Of a DNA stretch of 64,000 nucleotides, positions 13,246 through 24,016 are shown one piece after another. The notes below the pieces were generated by a model that had not been told where the DNA came from, ran no database searches, and saw nothing but the letters and a program-made list of their open reading frames with translations. This DNA is from Amphiscolops sp. MND2022 (Eukaryota), in the NCBI GenBank assembly GCA_964187785.1, contig OZ076420.1, positions 41,354,001-41,418,000 on the forward strand, read 5' to 3'. Position numbers and translations under genes: made by a program. The first letter of the stretch is position 1; each line of letters opens with the position of its first letter.

Positions 13246-14318
13246 TGGTGACAGGAGTAATTAGCGAACCGACCTCCAGCAACACCCACCCCCGGTCTTC
13301 GAGTCTGCCGCCTCCAAACCAGAGGCACTCCGACGAAATCATCGACAAGCTGTTAGAATCCCTGTACGCAACACAACAACAGACAGCACAATTACCCCGC
13401 CTACCAAAAACGCTTGCCACGACAATGCCAACATTCGACGGTAAAAACGAAAAGTTTGAACTCTTCGAAGATCTGTTTCAAACAAGCTTGAAGGTCCATC
13501 CCCAAATAACGGAGCAAGAGAAAATACATTATTTCCACTCCCTACTGCGAGGAGACGCCTTGCAAACCTTTCGGAACATGACCGAAACAACCAAAACCAA
13601 CCTGAACGACATCATCGCCGGATTCAGACGACGATATGTAAAAACCCAGTCAATAGCCACTGCTAGGTGTAAGTGGGAAAACCTCACATTCGACCCGGCG
13701 AACCAAACATTCCAAGATTTCTTGGAGAACTACCAGAAACTTGCCCAAGAGGCATACGCCGACGATGCACCCCGCTTTATAGAAACCTCCTTCTACGCAA
13801 AAATGCCGATACATCTCAAAAGAGTGTTAAATCAAGCACGCCTCGAAACAGCATCATATGAAACGATGGTCCAGCACCTAGAGCGGGAGATGGAGCTCAA
13901 CGGATTGGCAAATCCAGAATCCACTACATTTACCGGCATACACAATGTCGAACCCGCCAACACATCCAATCAGGGGAGACACCCGAAAACTGCAAGCACG
14001 TGCTTTGGCTGCGGACACCAGGGCCACCTCCTCCGCAACTGCAGGAAGACAAACCGAGACAAACGGAACCAAAAACCCCCCAGCAATAACATCACCGACC
14101 CCTGCGAAACATGTGGCAAATTAAGTCACGAGACTAAAGACTGCTATTCTGGGGCGAACTGGGCAAACCGCCCTACATGGTGGAAAACGCCTAAATCAAC
14201 AGGCGCCAACAGTATACCCCTACCACAACAAACTGCACCCGAAACTATACAACAACCTTCAGCAAATCAGCAGCCACAAACCGTGGCACAACCACAATAC
14301 CAGCCAAAAAACTACTAA
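12903..14318 (+). CDS. gag: Gag (471 aa) with two CCHC knuckles; starts inside the 5' LTR
   Basis: MPTFDGKNEKFELF capsid-like region; CFGCGHQGHLLRNC and CETCGKLSHETKDC knuckles; uninterrupted ORF with ATG at 12903. Confidence 0.92.
   Translation: MPEKSQKRKLRSDQSTSQFDVETASSINDENTVLSERDFEDISNKIENRISKRLKDTELNQREILKLIENLSSKVDSLSSVNSEQGYLTTRTENSGNPTEELEEVSLSRNESSNMVTGVISEPTSSNTHPRSSSLPPPNQRHSDEIIDKLLESLYATQQQTAQLPRLPKTLATTMPTFDGKNEKFELFEDLFQTSLKVHPQITEQEKIHYFHSLLRGDALQTFRNMTETTKTNLNDIIAGFRRRYVKTQSIATARCKWENLTFDPANQTFQDFLENYQKLAQEAYADDAPRFIETSFYAKMPIHLKRVLNQARLETASYETMVQHLEREMELNGLANPESTTFTGIHNVEPANTSNQGRHPKTASTCFGCGHQGHLLRNCRKTNRDKRNQKPPSNNITDPCETCGKLSHETKDCYSGANWANRPTWWKTPKSTGANSIPLPQQTAPETIQQPSANQQPQTVAQPQYQPKNY
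13246..13258 (+). promoter_or_regulatory. Primer-binding site TGGTGACAGGAGT (tRNA-Leu-like)
   Basis: Abuts the LTR end and is absent after the 3' LTR; complementary to a tRNA 3' end ...ACUCCUGUCACCA. The tRNA identity is inferred. Confidence 0.8.
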
Positions 14319-14383
14319 AGCCACGTCTTCGCTTCGGGGACTACACCGACTTCAGATACTACACCATCTCTGAACCCCCGAAG
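14306..14383 (+). promoter_or_regulatory. -1 ribosomal frameshift site: A AAA AAC heptamer plus downstream stem-loops
   Basis: Heptamer at 14306-14312, just before the gag stop. The -1 frame is open into the pol ORF. CTTCGGGG (14332) and CCCCGAAG (14376) form a stem, with TTCAGA/TCTGAA nested inside. Confidence 0.8.
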
Positions 14384-17300
14384 GACTTCGACAAGGAATT
14401 ATTTATGGAATGCTCAGGTGAACCATCGATCGACTGGCAGCGACGATGGCTCATAAGACGCATCATCAAATTCAACAAAAACACCTTGGACAAACTCCCC
14501 TACCCAGACTGGTACACCCAAAACCCCACCCAATACAACACAACACGCAGACCATTACTTCCCAGCTCCACACCCGAAACTTACATCTACGACCCCGACT
14601 TCGAATGCGACCCATACTACAACGACACTCTATATGACTCAACAAACCTTGTCTTCAGACAGTCAATCAACGTACCATTTCATGAATTCATAGCCAAAAC
14701 CAACATGGACATCTCGACAACTCCAAGAAGGAAAGACGACCTCAGTCATACTCCCGAACCACAGGCTGAAGAAGAATACGACACAGAAATCACCGTGATC
14801 GTAACACCTCCAACGACTTCCCTCAAGTCAATCCCCAAACACAACAATCAATCGCCACTGGTTGACTTCCAGTCACCCACGAAACTCCCAGCCACCCCCA
14901 ATGAAATCCGGGCAGCTATGACGTCGTCCCCCTCCAGTCCAGAGAGTCCTGAACATAAATACTCCACCCCTAAAACCCTGGTTGACGACACAAAAGCCGG
15001 GGACCAAACAATTGCAAGTCAACCCACAACACAACCGAGAACTCGCCGCGTCAAACGAACTCTGACCTGCGAATTCAACCAGCAAACAGAAGCTAAAACA
15101 GCGACAAACAGCCCACTCATCACTACCCAAACCTCAAGAGAAGAGCCAACCAATCTAGAACAAGATGAAGAATGGATTCAAACCAACAAACAATTGCATG
15201 AAATTGCAATTACAGACCCAGAAACAAGCGAAAAATGCATACCAATTTTTTCGGCCATCAATCTGAAAAAGAAAAGGAAAATGCTCTTCGCCCCGATGGA
15301 TTTCAACAACATTTCAGTCGATGCGCTTGTTGATTCCGGAGCACTCGTCAACTGCTTACCGGAAAGCGAATTCCAGAAAATCAAAACAGTAAGCCCAGAC
15401 AACATCCTCAAGGAAATGGATCCACCAACATTTAAATTGCAGGTCGCAAACGGCGAGATAGAAACCCCCACAAAAACAGTTCAACTACAATTTGAACTAG
15501 GCGACTGGACGTTCAAAGAGACGTTCATCGTAGCCACAAAGATGACAGGGCCCATCCTCGGACTAACCTTTCTCAAAAACAATAGCGCAATCCTCGACGT
15601 CAGTCAGGCCCTCTTACATTTCCCTCACCTGACTTACGCAATTTCTGCAGACGATAACGAGACAATCTCAAGACACCATAAAGTCACTACCAAAACCCAA
15701 CTCACCATCATGCCCGACCAGTGTGTAACAATTGAAGCCGGCATCAACCTACGTACCCTGACAAACACCACAGGAATCATCAACCCTACTGAACCATACT
15801 CCGGAGAACACCAACTGGTAGTAGCCAGCTCTCTATCAACAGTTACAAACTCCAAAATCGAAATCAGGGTTACCAACACATCTCCAAACCCATTCACCCT
15901 CAAAAAGAACACAAATCTTGCAGAATTCACCATTCTATCCCCCCAGGAAGCCAAACAACTCCACCCACTCAACTCTGCAGCCTTAAAGGTATTAGCAGAA
16001 GACGATTCCGAACAGGCGCTAGAATATGTAAACGAACTCCTCAAATCGTCTGAAAAGCCCCAGACTGTTCAAAATTTCTGGTTCCCCACACCGGACAACC
16101 CAGGAGACCCATCAACGCACACACCTATCCAGAGCAGGATACTGAGAGAGATAGAAGAAATGGAAAACATCCAGAAACTCAATCCTCATGACAGCCCTGA
16201 AGACAGAGCAACTTTCTTATCCAATTTCAAGTGGACGGATTCACAACTCAGCGATGAAGACAAAAAGGACATAGAAGCAATCCTTGTAGAATACAACGAT
16301 ATCTTCGCAAGGCACCGTCTTGATGTCGGAATTAACAACGAATTCAAAATAAAGCTCACCCCCAAATCCGAACAGCCAGCGTACACTCAAAGCCTACCCT
16401 GCCCAGTCAACCTGAAAGACGACTTGACAGTCGAATTGGCGTTAATGCACTACTACGGCATAATCACCACGCTCCCTTTCAGCAAGTACGCAAGCCCAAT
16501 ATTTGCCCAAAGAAAACCAAACGGACGCCTACGATTGCTAGTTGACTTACGAAAGATCAACAACCTCATTTCCGACGATTATATAAATAATAATCACCCT
16601 GTGAGCACCCTCTCGGATGCAGCTCAGCATTTAGCCGGAAAGAAACTGTTTTGCAAGCTTGACTGCTCTCAAGCCTACCACGTCCTGCAAATGGCAGACC
16701 AAAAATCAGTGGAACTCCTGGCGTTCAACTTTGCCAGTCGGACATTCGCCTACCTGCGACTCGCACAAGGGCTCAGCAGATCTCTCTCCTCCTTCTCGAG
16801 TTTTATGCGGGAGTATCTTGACCGAGTCATCAAAGCCGACAAGTGCGCCCAGTACGTCGACGACATCGGGATAGCTACCCATACTGCCGAGGAGCTGAAG
16901 AACAACCTGCGTGAGGTCTTTCAGTGCATAAGAGAAGCAGGTCTGCGTCTGACAATGGCTAAATGCCAGTTCGGTGCCAAGGAAGTCGAATTCCTTGGAC
17001 GAACAGTCTCACCCGAAGGAATCGCCCCACAGAGTCACAAGATCAAGAACTACCTCCAAAAACTGTCGTTCCCAAAAACCAAAAAGGGCCTACAGAGGTA
17101 TATTGGTTTCGTCAATTATTATCGGAACTACATACCTCGCCTCTCCGAAAAGATAGCACCCTTCCACGAATTAGTCAAGGCAGACAAACCAATCAAGATC
17201 ACAAACGAGATCATCGGGACATTCGACAACATCAACAAGGCACTTGACAACGCTTGTGGGCTATGGCTGAAACAACCACTACCCAACAAACAGTACGTCC

Positions 17301-19681
17301 TCATGACAGACGCGAACTTCAAAAATGCAGGCTACGCCCTCATGATTGAAGAAAACGCTGATGAAAAACTGACCTCAGTTAAAAAGACTTACGCCCCGGT
17401 AGCGTTTGGTTCCAAGACATTCTCTCCGTCCCAAATCAAAATGTCAATATATGCCAAAGAATTCTTGGCTATATATTTCGCCTTCATGGAATACAGCCAC
17501 ATATTGTGGGGATCGACCAAACCGGTCATCGTCCTAACAGACAACAAGTCCGTCACACGGTTTTTTCAAACCAAAATAATACCACCAGCCTTGTGGAACG
17601 CCTGCGATTTCGTCCTACAATTCAACTTTACGATCGCCCACGTCCCAGGGCGCATGAACACCGCAGCTGATTTCCTTTCCCGACTTGACCTAGACCCAAA
17701 GGAAAAAGTCCAACTCTTAATCCGAGACGACATTCAAACAACACCAATAGAGGTACACATTCAATCCTCCAACGTCGCAGAAGAGGAACAGTTCTACTTC
17801 CTCCCCGACGATGACATTGAAACCGAAGAACAAATTTGGGAGAGGAAGCAAAGAGCCCGCAAGAAAATTCTAGGGAACGACACCCCACCAACGCCAGGAG
17901 AAGAAGCAAATAATGAAACAGTCCAAACAGAAGACACCACAGTCATATTTCAAACGGAAATAACAAGACACAACAAAACTACCGAAGACAAAGAAAACAC
18001 CCTCCCAACTGACATGCGACACCAACAGGACCAAGACAGTGTCCTCAGAAACTACAAACTACGCCTCCTCAAAGAACCATACGATGAACACCTGATGGCC
18101 ACAGACCACAGAGCACTCCGTTACACAGCGCAAGAATCGAGAATCATACTCAAGGACGGACTGCTATACCGGCAGTACTTCGGAGAAACCGGAACAGTCA
18201 AACACCTGCAAGTACTACTCCCGGAGCAACTGGTCGACTCCTTCATCGAGGCACACCATGGAATGCACAACAAACACCCGGGAATAACGAAAGTAATACA
18301 ACAATGCAGAGAAAAGTATTACTACCCAAGTCTCGCAGCAAGGATAGCCAAACATATCAACCAATGCATGAAATGCATGCAAACAAAACGAACAGACAAT
18401 CGCCTCCTAACCCCACCAATGATCGACACGTCCAAACTGGCAATGGGACCGGAAGATGCCCTACAAATGGACATCGTCCCCTTCGACGAGCCATCCAACG
18501 GATTCACAGCGATAGTCACCGCCATGTACGTCTTTTCCCGCTATCTATTTACCTATTGTGTCACCAAAATAGATGCCCGCTCGATCGCAAGAGTACTGGT
18601 AGACATAATGACAAGACATGCTTACCTGCCCACAACGATCATAACTGACAAAGGAACTCAATTCATGTCCGAAGTAATGGCTGACACCACACGCGTCCTA
18701 GGCATCCAATTGAGACACGCAACTACAAAACATGCCCAAACAATTGGTATCCTAGAACGCTGTCATGCATCCTTAAAAGAAGCCCTGAAAATATCAACAG
18801 GAGAAAGGAGAACAATGTGGCACCAGTTCGTACCAACCGCCACACTAAACTACAACACAACCTACCACTCAGCACTAGGGTGCGAACCCAGTAGAGTATT
18901 CCATGGCAGAATACCTTACAACGTGCTTGACTTAAAGTTCGGTCTCAAACAGAACCAAACCCAAAACCCAAAAACAGACATAGGCGAAGAAGTCGTCCAG
19001 AAGACCCGGATGATACACCAATCAGTAACCAAACACCTCCTCCACTCCTACATACGGTACAAACAGTACTACGATAAAAAAGCTTCTGCCCACCCCCTAG
19101 CAGCAAACGACTACTGCTACGCCTTACACCCCCAGGCAAACAACCAGGGATCGAAACTACCTTTCCGCGAGTATTTATGGACAGGACCATTCGTAGTAGT
19201 TAAAACCCTTCCCAACAACAACTACCTAGTTCGTAAATTACAAACGAACAAGACCCAAATTCTACACAGGATACGACTGAAACCATGCCCCACGAAAAAT
19301 CGCCTTCCCGATATACAAGTTCAAACCAAGGACTTTCAACCAGACGATGAAGTTGAAATCCTACACGATGACCTATACGCCCTAGCCTGGCAATCAGGGT
19401 TTGAACACTTCGTGATGACCCATAACCACGATTCCAACAACGAATCGGCAATCAACCCGACCGATAGTCATGACGTCTTAGAAAACATTGCCCAGGATGA
19501 CACCCACGATATCCTAACGGAACCCCAACCCGAACAACAGGAATCCCAACCAGAACCCAACCCAAACCCAGAGCCTAGTTCCCCCCGCAAAGGCAAATAT
19601 AACCTTCGCAGCAACCCCCCTTCAAATTGGAAAAGGGACTACGCCTACTACAACCCAATGGTTGTTAGCTCAAACGAATAA
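14312..19681 (+). CDS. pol: Pol: long low-complexity N-terminal segment, aspartic protease, dUTPase-like fold, RT, RNase H, integrase
   Basis: LVDSGA; YVDD; TDA/KEFLA/TDNKS/ADFLSR; HHCC zinc-binding domain; QMD/ITDKG/ILER. Gypsy domain order with no stops. Confidence 0.96.
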   Translation, partial: LLKPRLRFGDYTDFRYYTISEPPKDFDKELFMECSGEPSIDWQRRWLIRRIIKFNKNTLDKLPYPDWYTQNPTQYNTTRRPLLPSSTPETYIYDPDFECDPYYNDTLYDSTNLVFRQSINVPFHEFIAKTNMDISTTPRRKDDLSHTPEPQAEEEYDTEITVIVTPPTTSLKSIPKHNNQSPLVDFQSPTKLPATPNEIRAAMTSSPSSPESPEHKYSTPKTLVDDTKAGDQTIASQPTTQPRTRRVKRTLTCEFNQQTEAKTATNSPLITTQTSREEPTNLEQDEEWIQTNKQLHEIAITDPETSEKCIPIFSAINLKKKRKMLFAPMDFNNISVDALVDSGALVNCLPESEFQKIKTVSPDNILKEMDPPTFKLQVANGEIETPTKTVQLQFELGDWTFKETFIVATKMTGPILGLTFLKNNSAILDVSQALLHFPHLTYAISADDNETISRHHKVTTKTQLTIMPDQCVTIEAGINLRTLTNTTGIINPTEPYSGEHQLVVASSLSTVTNSKIEIRVTNTSPNPFTLKKNTNLAEFTILSPQEAKQLHPLNSAALKVLAEDDSEQALEYVNELLKSSEKPQTVQNFWFPTPDNPGDPSTHTPIQSRILREIEEMENIQKLNPHDSPEDRATFLSNFKWTDSQLSDEDKKDIEAILVEYNDIFARHRLDVGINNEFKIKLTPKSEQPAYTQSLPCPVNLKDDLTVELALMHYYGIITTLPFSKYASPIFAQRKPNGRLRLLVDLRKINNLISDDYINNNHPVSTLSDAAQHLAGKKLFCKLDCSQAYHVLQMADQKSVELLAFNFASRTFAYLRLAQGLSRSLSSFSSFMREYLDRVIKADKCAQYVDDIGIATHTAEELKNNLREVFQCIREAGLRLTMAKCQFGAKEVEFLGRTVSPEGIAPQSHKIKNYLQKLSFPKTKKGLQRYIGFVNYYRNYIPRLSEKIAPFHELVKADKPIKITNEIIGTFDNINKALDNACGLWLKQPLPNKQYVLMTDANFKNAGYALMIEENADEKLTSVKKTYAPVAFGSKTFSPSQIKMSIYAKEFLAIYFAFMEYSHILWGSTKPVIVLTDNKSVTRFFQTKIIPPALWNACDFVLQFNFTIAHVPGRMNTAADFLSRLDLDPKEKVQLLIRDDIQTTPIEVHIQSSNVAEEEQFYFLPDDDIETEEQIWERKQRARKKILGNDTPPTPGEEANNETVQTEDTTVIFQTEITRHNKTTEDKENTLPTDMRHQQDQDSVLRNYKLRLLKEPYDEHLMATDHRALRYTAQESRIILKDGLLYRQYFGETGTVKHLQVLLPEQLVDSFIEAHHGMHNKHPGITKVIQQCREKYYYPSLAARIAKHINQCMKCMQTKRTDNRLLTPPMIDTSKLAMGPEDALQMDIVPFDEPSNGFTAIVTAMYVFSRYLFTYCVTKIDARSIARVLVDIMTRHAYLPTTIITDKGTQFMSEVMADTTRVLGIQLRHATTKHAQTIGILERCHASLKEALKISTGERRTMWHQFVPTATLNYNTTYHSALGCEPSRVFHGRIPYNVLDLKFGLKQNQTQNPKTDIGEEVVQKTRMIHQSVTKHLLHSYIRYKQYYDKKASAHPLAANDYCYALHPQANNQGSKLPFREYLWTGPFVVVKTLPNNNYLVRKLQTNKTQILHRIRLKPCPTKNRLPDIQVQTKDFQPDDEVEILHDDLYALAWQSGFEHFVMTHNHDSNNESAINPTDSHDVLENIAQDDTHDILTEPQPEQQESQPEPNPNPEPSSPRKGKYNLRSNPPSNWKRDYAYYNPMVVSSNE

Positions 19682-20031
19682 ACTTTCAATATGAATTCAT
19701 GAAATGGTACACCTACTACTCACTCAATTGACCTGAAACTGACTCAAATCCCTACTACTCATCTACAAACTCAACAGAAAACGAATTCGAGGAGCAGAAG
19801 AGTGAAATATTGAAAACCCCCAACTGACATCCCTCCTTTTCTCTCATTTTCTAAGAATGGCGATGCAATTTTCTTTTCTTTTACCCTCTCCATTAAATGC
19901 CAAATACAACACAATCAGACCACGTGAGCCAGAAACAAAATACACAATAATCAGCTATAAAATATAAACTGCTAATACAAACAAAGACTAAAATCCGATC
20001 AAGTATATCTGCAACAAGCCGAACACACGAC

Positions 20032-23000
20032 TCAATTCTGGGAACTACGCTTCCTAGACACACCGGAAGCTTCTTTACTGGATGAACAACTGGGCACACT
20101 CCCAAGACGTTGGTTCTTCTTCTCCCTCACTTTTTCCGCTACACTGCTGGACCCACGGGACTGCGAAACTGACACAGTAGACATCTTTGTTGGTGGGATA
20201 GCGACAACTGACGGAACCTTAGAACTCTTCCCGGAAGAAGGCCCAACTACGGCATCCACTTGTTGAGAATCCAACACAGGCTGTAACTTGTCCGGAGACG
20301 AGGACGCAGAGTACAAACCCAGACCAGCTCGCCGGCGCCACTCTGCCACCTGGGCCAGATAATAGGAATCAAACGCATCACGCAATTCGCGATAGAGGTC
20401 ACCTCGGGCATGCAAATACAAATTACCCCACGGCGAGAAGGAAGCGTTATCCATAAAATTCTTCCCGTTTGGCAAGTTGCACTTCAGTTCCTCGAGACAA
20501 TCCTTCGTCAACAGTTCTCCGGAAACGAACTTATCGAACGAAACGTACGATTGACAAGCAAAGATCGAGGACAATAAAACCTTCTTTGGAATTTTGGATC
20601 CACTCAGTGACATATCGACGACCGGATAACAGATCTCACGCGGAACCACGGCCATTGCAGCTAACTGCACAACTCGATCCAGATTCAGACGACAGTCCAG
20701 TAGCCCGGAATCACGCAGGAAAGTGAAACTGTTCGTGATAGAAGAAACCACCCGTTTGTTCCGTCGCCGTAATTCAACGAGCAAAGATTTAAACTCGTTA
20801 GCAGCTGCCTCGCAATCCAACGAGGATAGACGCCCACAGTCCAAAAAATAGGTGGTCAGATCCTTGAAGAGAACAACAGCATATGACTCATCGCCCAATA
20901 ACATCATATCTGGAGAGAAGCAACTCAGACTAGATGCCAAACCCGACTTTGCATAAGCAGACTGATTGAGCACCTTCAGGAATTCCAACAGGAAACCCTG
21001 ACACTCACGAAGGAAAGTGCGCCGGAAAGCATCACTGCAGGACGACAAAGCCACAGTAACAAGGGGCTCACCTCGAAGACACTCTGTATACGCAATGTTG
21101 GCCCATGTCGTCAAAGGTAGACCGATATACTGGCTCCATGCTTCAATCTCAGGCAACGCACTCAACTTCTTCACCTTCCCAAGCAACGCCCAATAAAAAC
21201 AACAGAAATCAGCATAATTACGGCACGTGTAATCGGTGACTTCAGTTGCAAACTGCTTCTCAAAGATGGCCTGGAAACAGGATACGAGCACATGCAGGAC
21301 ACTCAGCCGAGGCAAAACCAGAGTATCCGCAAGTATCATCTGCCCTATGTCAAGAGGAGGTTTACTTTTGGGAGGCATCACAGTCCCAGTCTCCTTCAGG
21401 AACAATCTCACGTCGTCCCAATGATGGATCAACTCGGAAATAACGGCGCACAAAGAAGCAAAAGGAACTTGACGCTGACGAACGCACCTGTGAAACTCAG
21501 ATAAACCCATCAGCCATGGTTGACGAACAGCTTTAACCAAGCGCAATAACAAATAATCCAATATGGCAAAAGGATCCAGCAAATTTGTTCCAACCAGCCC
21601 AGCGTCCCGAACATGATCTCGGAACGTGTCAGACGTATACTCCAAGACAGGCAACGGCACAGGACGACTTCCAGTTTTGCACCAGCTCGAGAAGACATTG
21701 AATAATGTGGAAGAACAACCACGAACTGCAACAGGAGACTGCTCAGCAGGAAGAACGGCAAGAATTCGAGACAAACACTTGATCTCAGCATCACACAAAC
21801 CCGCGGAAGACTCCTCCCAGAGAACACATACTTCACGGATAATATCATCAGCAAAGAAACAGACGAAACAGCGCAACCCAGTGTCATCCTCGCGAAATGT
21901 CAAACTGAATTCGGAGTTGTTGCAGCCAGTTTGGACTCGACGCGGAATACGAGGATACAGAGTCTGACTCAATACCACAAACGATTCAGTCTTACTCCAG
22001 GTGGCCTGGGCATAGCTAGTCTCAACTGGAATCGTTGTCCTGAACTGGCTCCAGAGTCTTCTAAGGAAGCTGTGAGATCCCCCGCTCCGCAACAACTCAA
22101 ACAGACCACCCACGAGCGTCGAAGAGGGAACGTTCGAGACTACTCCAACGAGAGCATCCACTTCATCCTCCACGAAGGCATTCTTCTTACCAAGGACTAC
22201 TGGCGGCGTCTTTTCAATTTCTGCACGCAACTCAGGAGAAATAGTGGCAACAGCAATCTCATCAAACCCAGCGGTATACACGGTATCCTCATGATCGAGA
22301 CGATAACGCTGATCTTTGGCAAAATGAGTTTTGCAGCCAAAGTGCCGCCAGATCTCGAGTTTCCCCCGCCACAGGAATGAAATGTCCTTCCGACATATGG
22401 CACAGTTGAACCCGTTTGGATTCTTTTCCGCCCTCTGGCTAACGAACAGACGAGGAATAGGGTGAATTGCCATACTTCTTCGAAGAACATGACGCTCGGT
22501 CTGCCGTTTCTTCCTCCTCTCGTATTTGGCAAACAGTTTGCTCTTAGTCACCTCCTCAGCGTCCAAATGACCACGAGCCCGATCCAACTGAATCCCCTTC
22601 TGTTTGAGAAGCTGCATGATTTTGTCTAACTCTACAACACAAAGGGACAATCACATCCCGATAATACTACTTCGACATAAACCCACCCCCAGACAACCCT
22701 GAAGACATATGGTACCCCTAAACATCTATAAGTGGGATCATGACACAACTGCGAACAAACAAACAACAGACATATACAACTTACGACGAGAAAGAGAACG
22801 TCCTTCTGCTCGACTATGAGTTCGCTCCAAGCGAACAGCTGCCTGGCCGAAAGCCAACACTTGCGAAGCAGATAAGCACACCGCTCCCTCCGGCACATCC
22901 TTTAGTCCAGCTAAAAGACAATGAATTCATAAGGACAATCAACGCACAAACACGACGCCCCCCCCCCACAACAAGGCACCAACCAAAAGACACACGATAC

Positions 23001-24016
23001 AGATAATTGAAGACGATAATAACCTTTTGCCCACTCATTGTGGATGACCGACCGCTCCAACCCCTCTACTGGTCGTGAATGCTGTGTACGCTCACGCTTT
23101 GGTCGGAAACCCGCATCACCACCACCACTCGACACAGCCTCGTCGGCCACAGTGGGAACAATCATTGCATCGGAAGACGACGAATCCACTCCCATAGAAG
23201 CTTCTCCATGGACTTGTGAAGAACCAACTGAAATCAACTCGTACTCATCAATAAGCAGAAACAATCATTCGAACGAGCACAGCCAAGGTATTTATATAAT
23301 GCTAGAGGAAGAAAGAAATACCCACCTTCAAAACCTGCAATAGGCGACGCCGCTGATCTAGTGGTCATCCCAGCACACCCTCCAGACTGAGACCAACGGC
23401 CTTGCTTAGATGGACTAGCACCACTAACAGATGCCACAGCAGAGTGAGACCCAGGGACATAATCATCATCACGAGAATCATCGGACAATCCTAAAACAGC
23501 AAGAAAGGTGGATGAAATGACGCGTCTGCATACTAGCATGAAAAGTTAGCTGGCCACTAACATTTCGCTAAGCAACTTACCCTCTAAATCACATAAATAG
23601 TCCAAATCGTGGCGTGCATCACTTCCTGTCGAATGCATTGAACCAGCATCGTCACTATCTGAACTGCCATTGTTACTCGCACTCTCAGAACCCGTGTCAT
23701 CGGAACAGTCATCATTGTCAATCTCCCCGAATCCACTACCACGTTTAGCACACTGGGACTCCAACCCAGCCAACGACTCCATAACTTCTTCTTCACCACT
23801 TGACTCAGCAATAATCAATCGGGACTCAGCAGCACTTTCTTCCTCCTGACTCTCTTGACCTGCCTCTTGCAGCAGAACGCCCGTCAGTTCACTCTCTCCC
23901 TCATGACTCTCTTGACCTGCCTCATGTAACAAGATACCTTCTCCCTCGCTCTCCACAACTCCAATTTTTCCAGACCGCAAAATCCGCTGGTCATCTTCAT
24001 CAGTCGAATGCGACAT
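20032..24016 (-). CDS. Predicted 5-exon antisense gene (24016-23581, 23490-23326, 23227-23096 or -23024, 22910-22785, 22631-20032; about 1152-1176 aa): acidic/Ser-rich N-terminus, C2H2/BED-like finger and inactive hAT-transposase-like body
   Basis: 872-codon stop-free last exon with CAICRKDIS..G..EIWRHFGCKTH and hAT-like motifs. The upstream ORF pieces join in frame through GT-AG introns that are all phase 1. Confidence 0.75.

Noticed and set aside
14446-19451. Many short ORFs overlapping pol, and similar shadows over Copia and the antisense gene
   Set aside because: Alternative-frame shadows of long coding regions with no motifs.
20032-22650. 872-aa ORF as an env gene
   Set aside because: Antisense, with no signal peptide, furin site or C-terminal transmembrane anchor; it has a zinc finger and hAT-like motifs instead.
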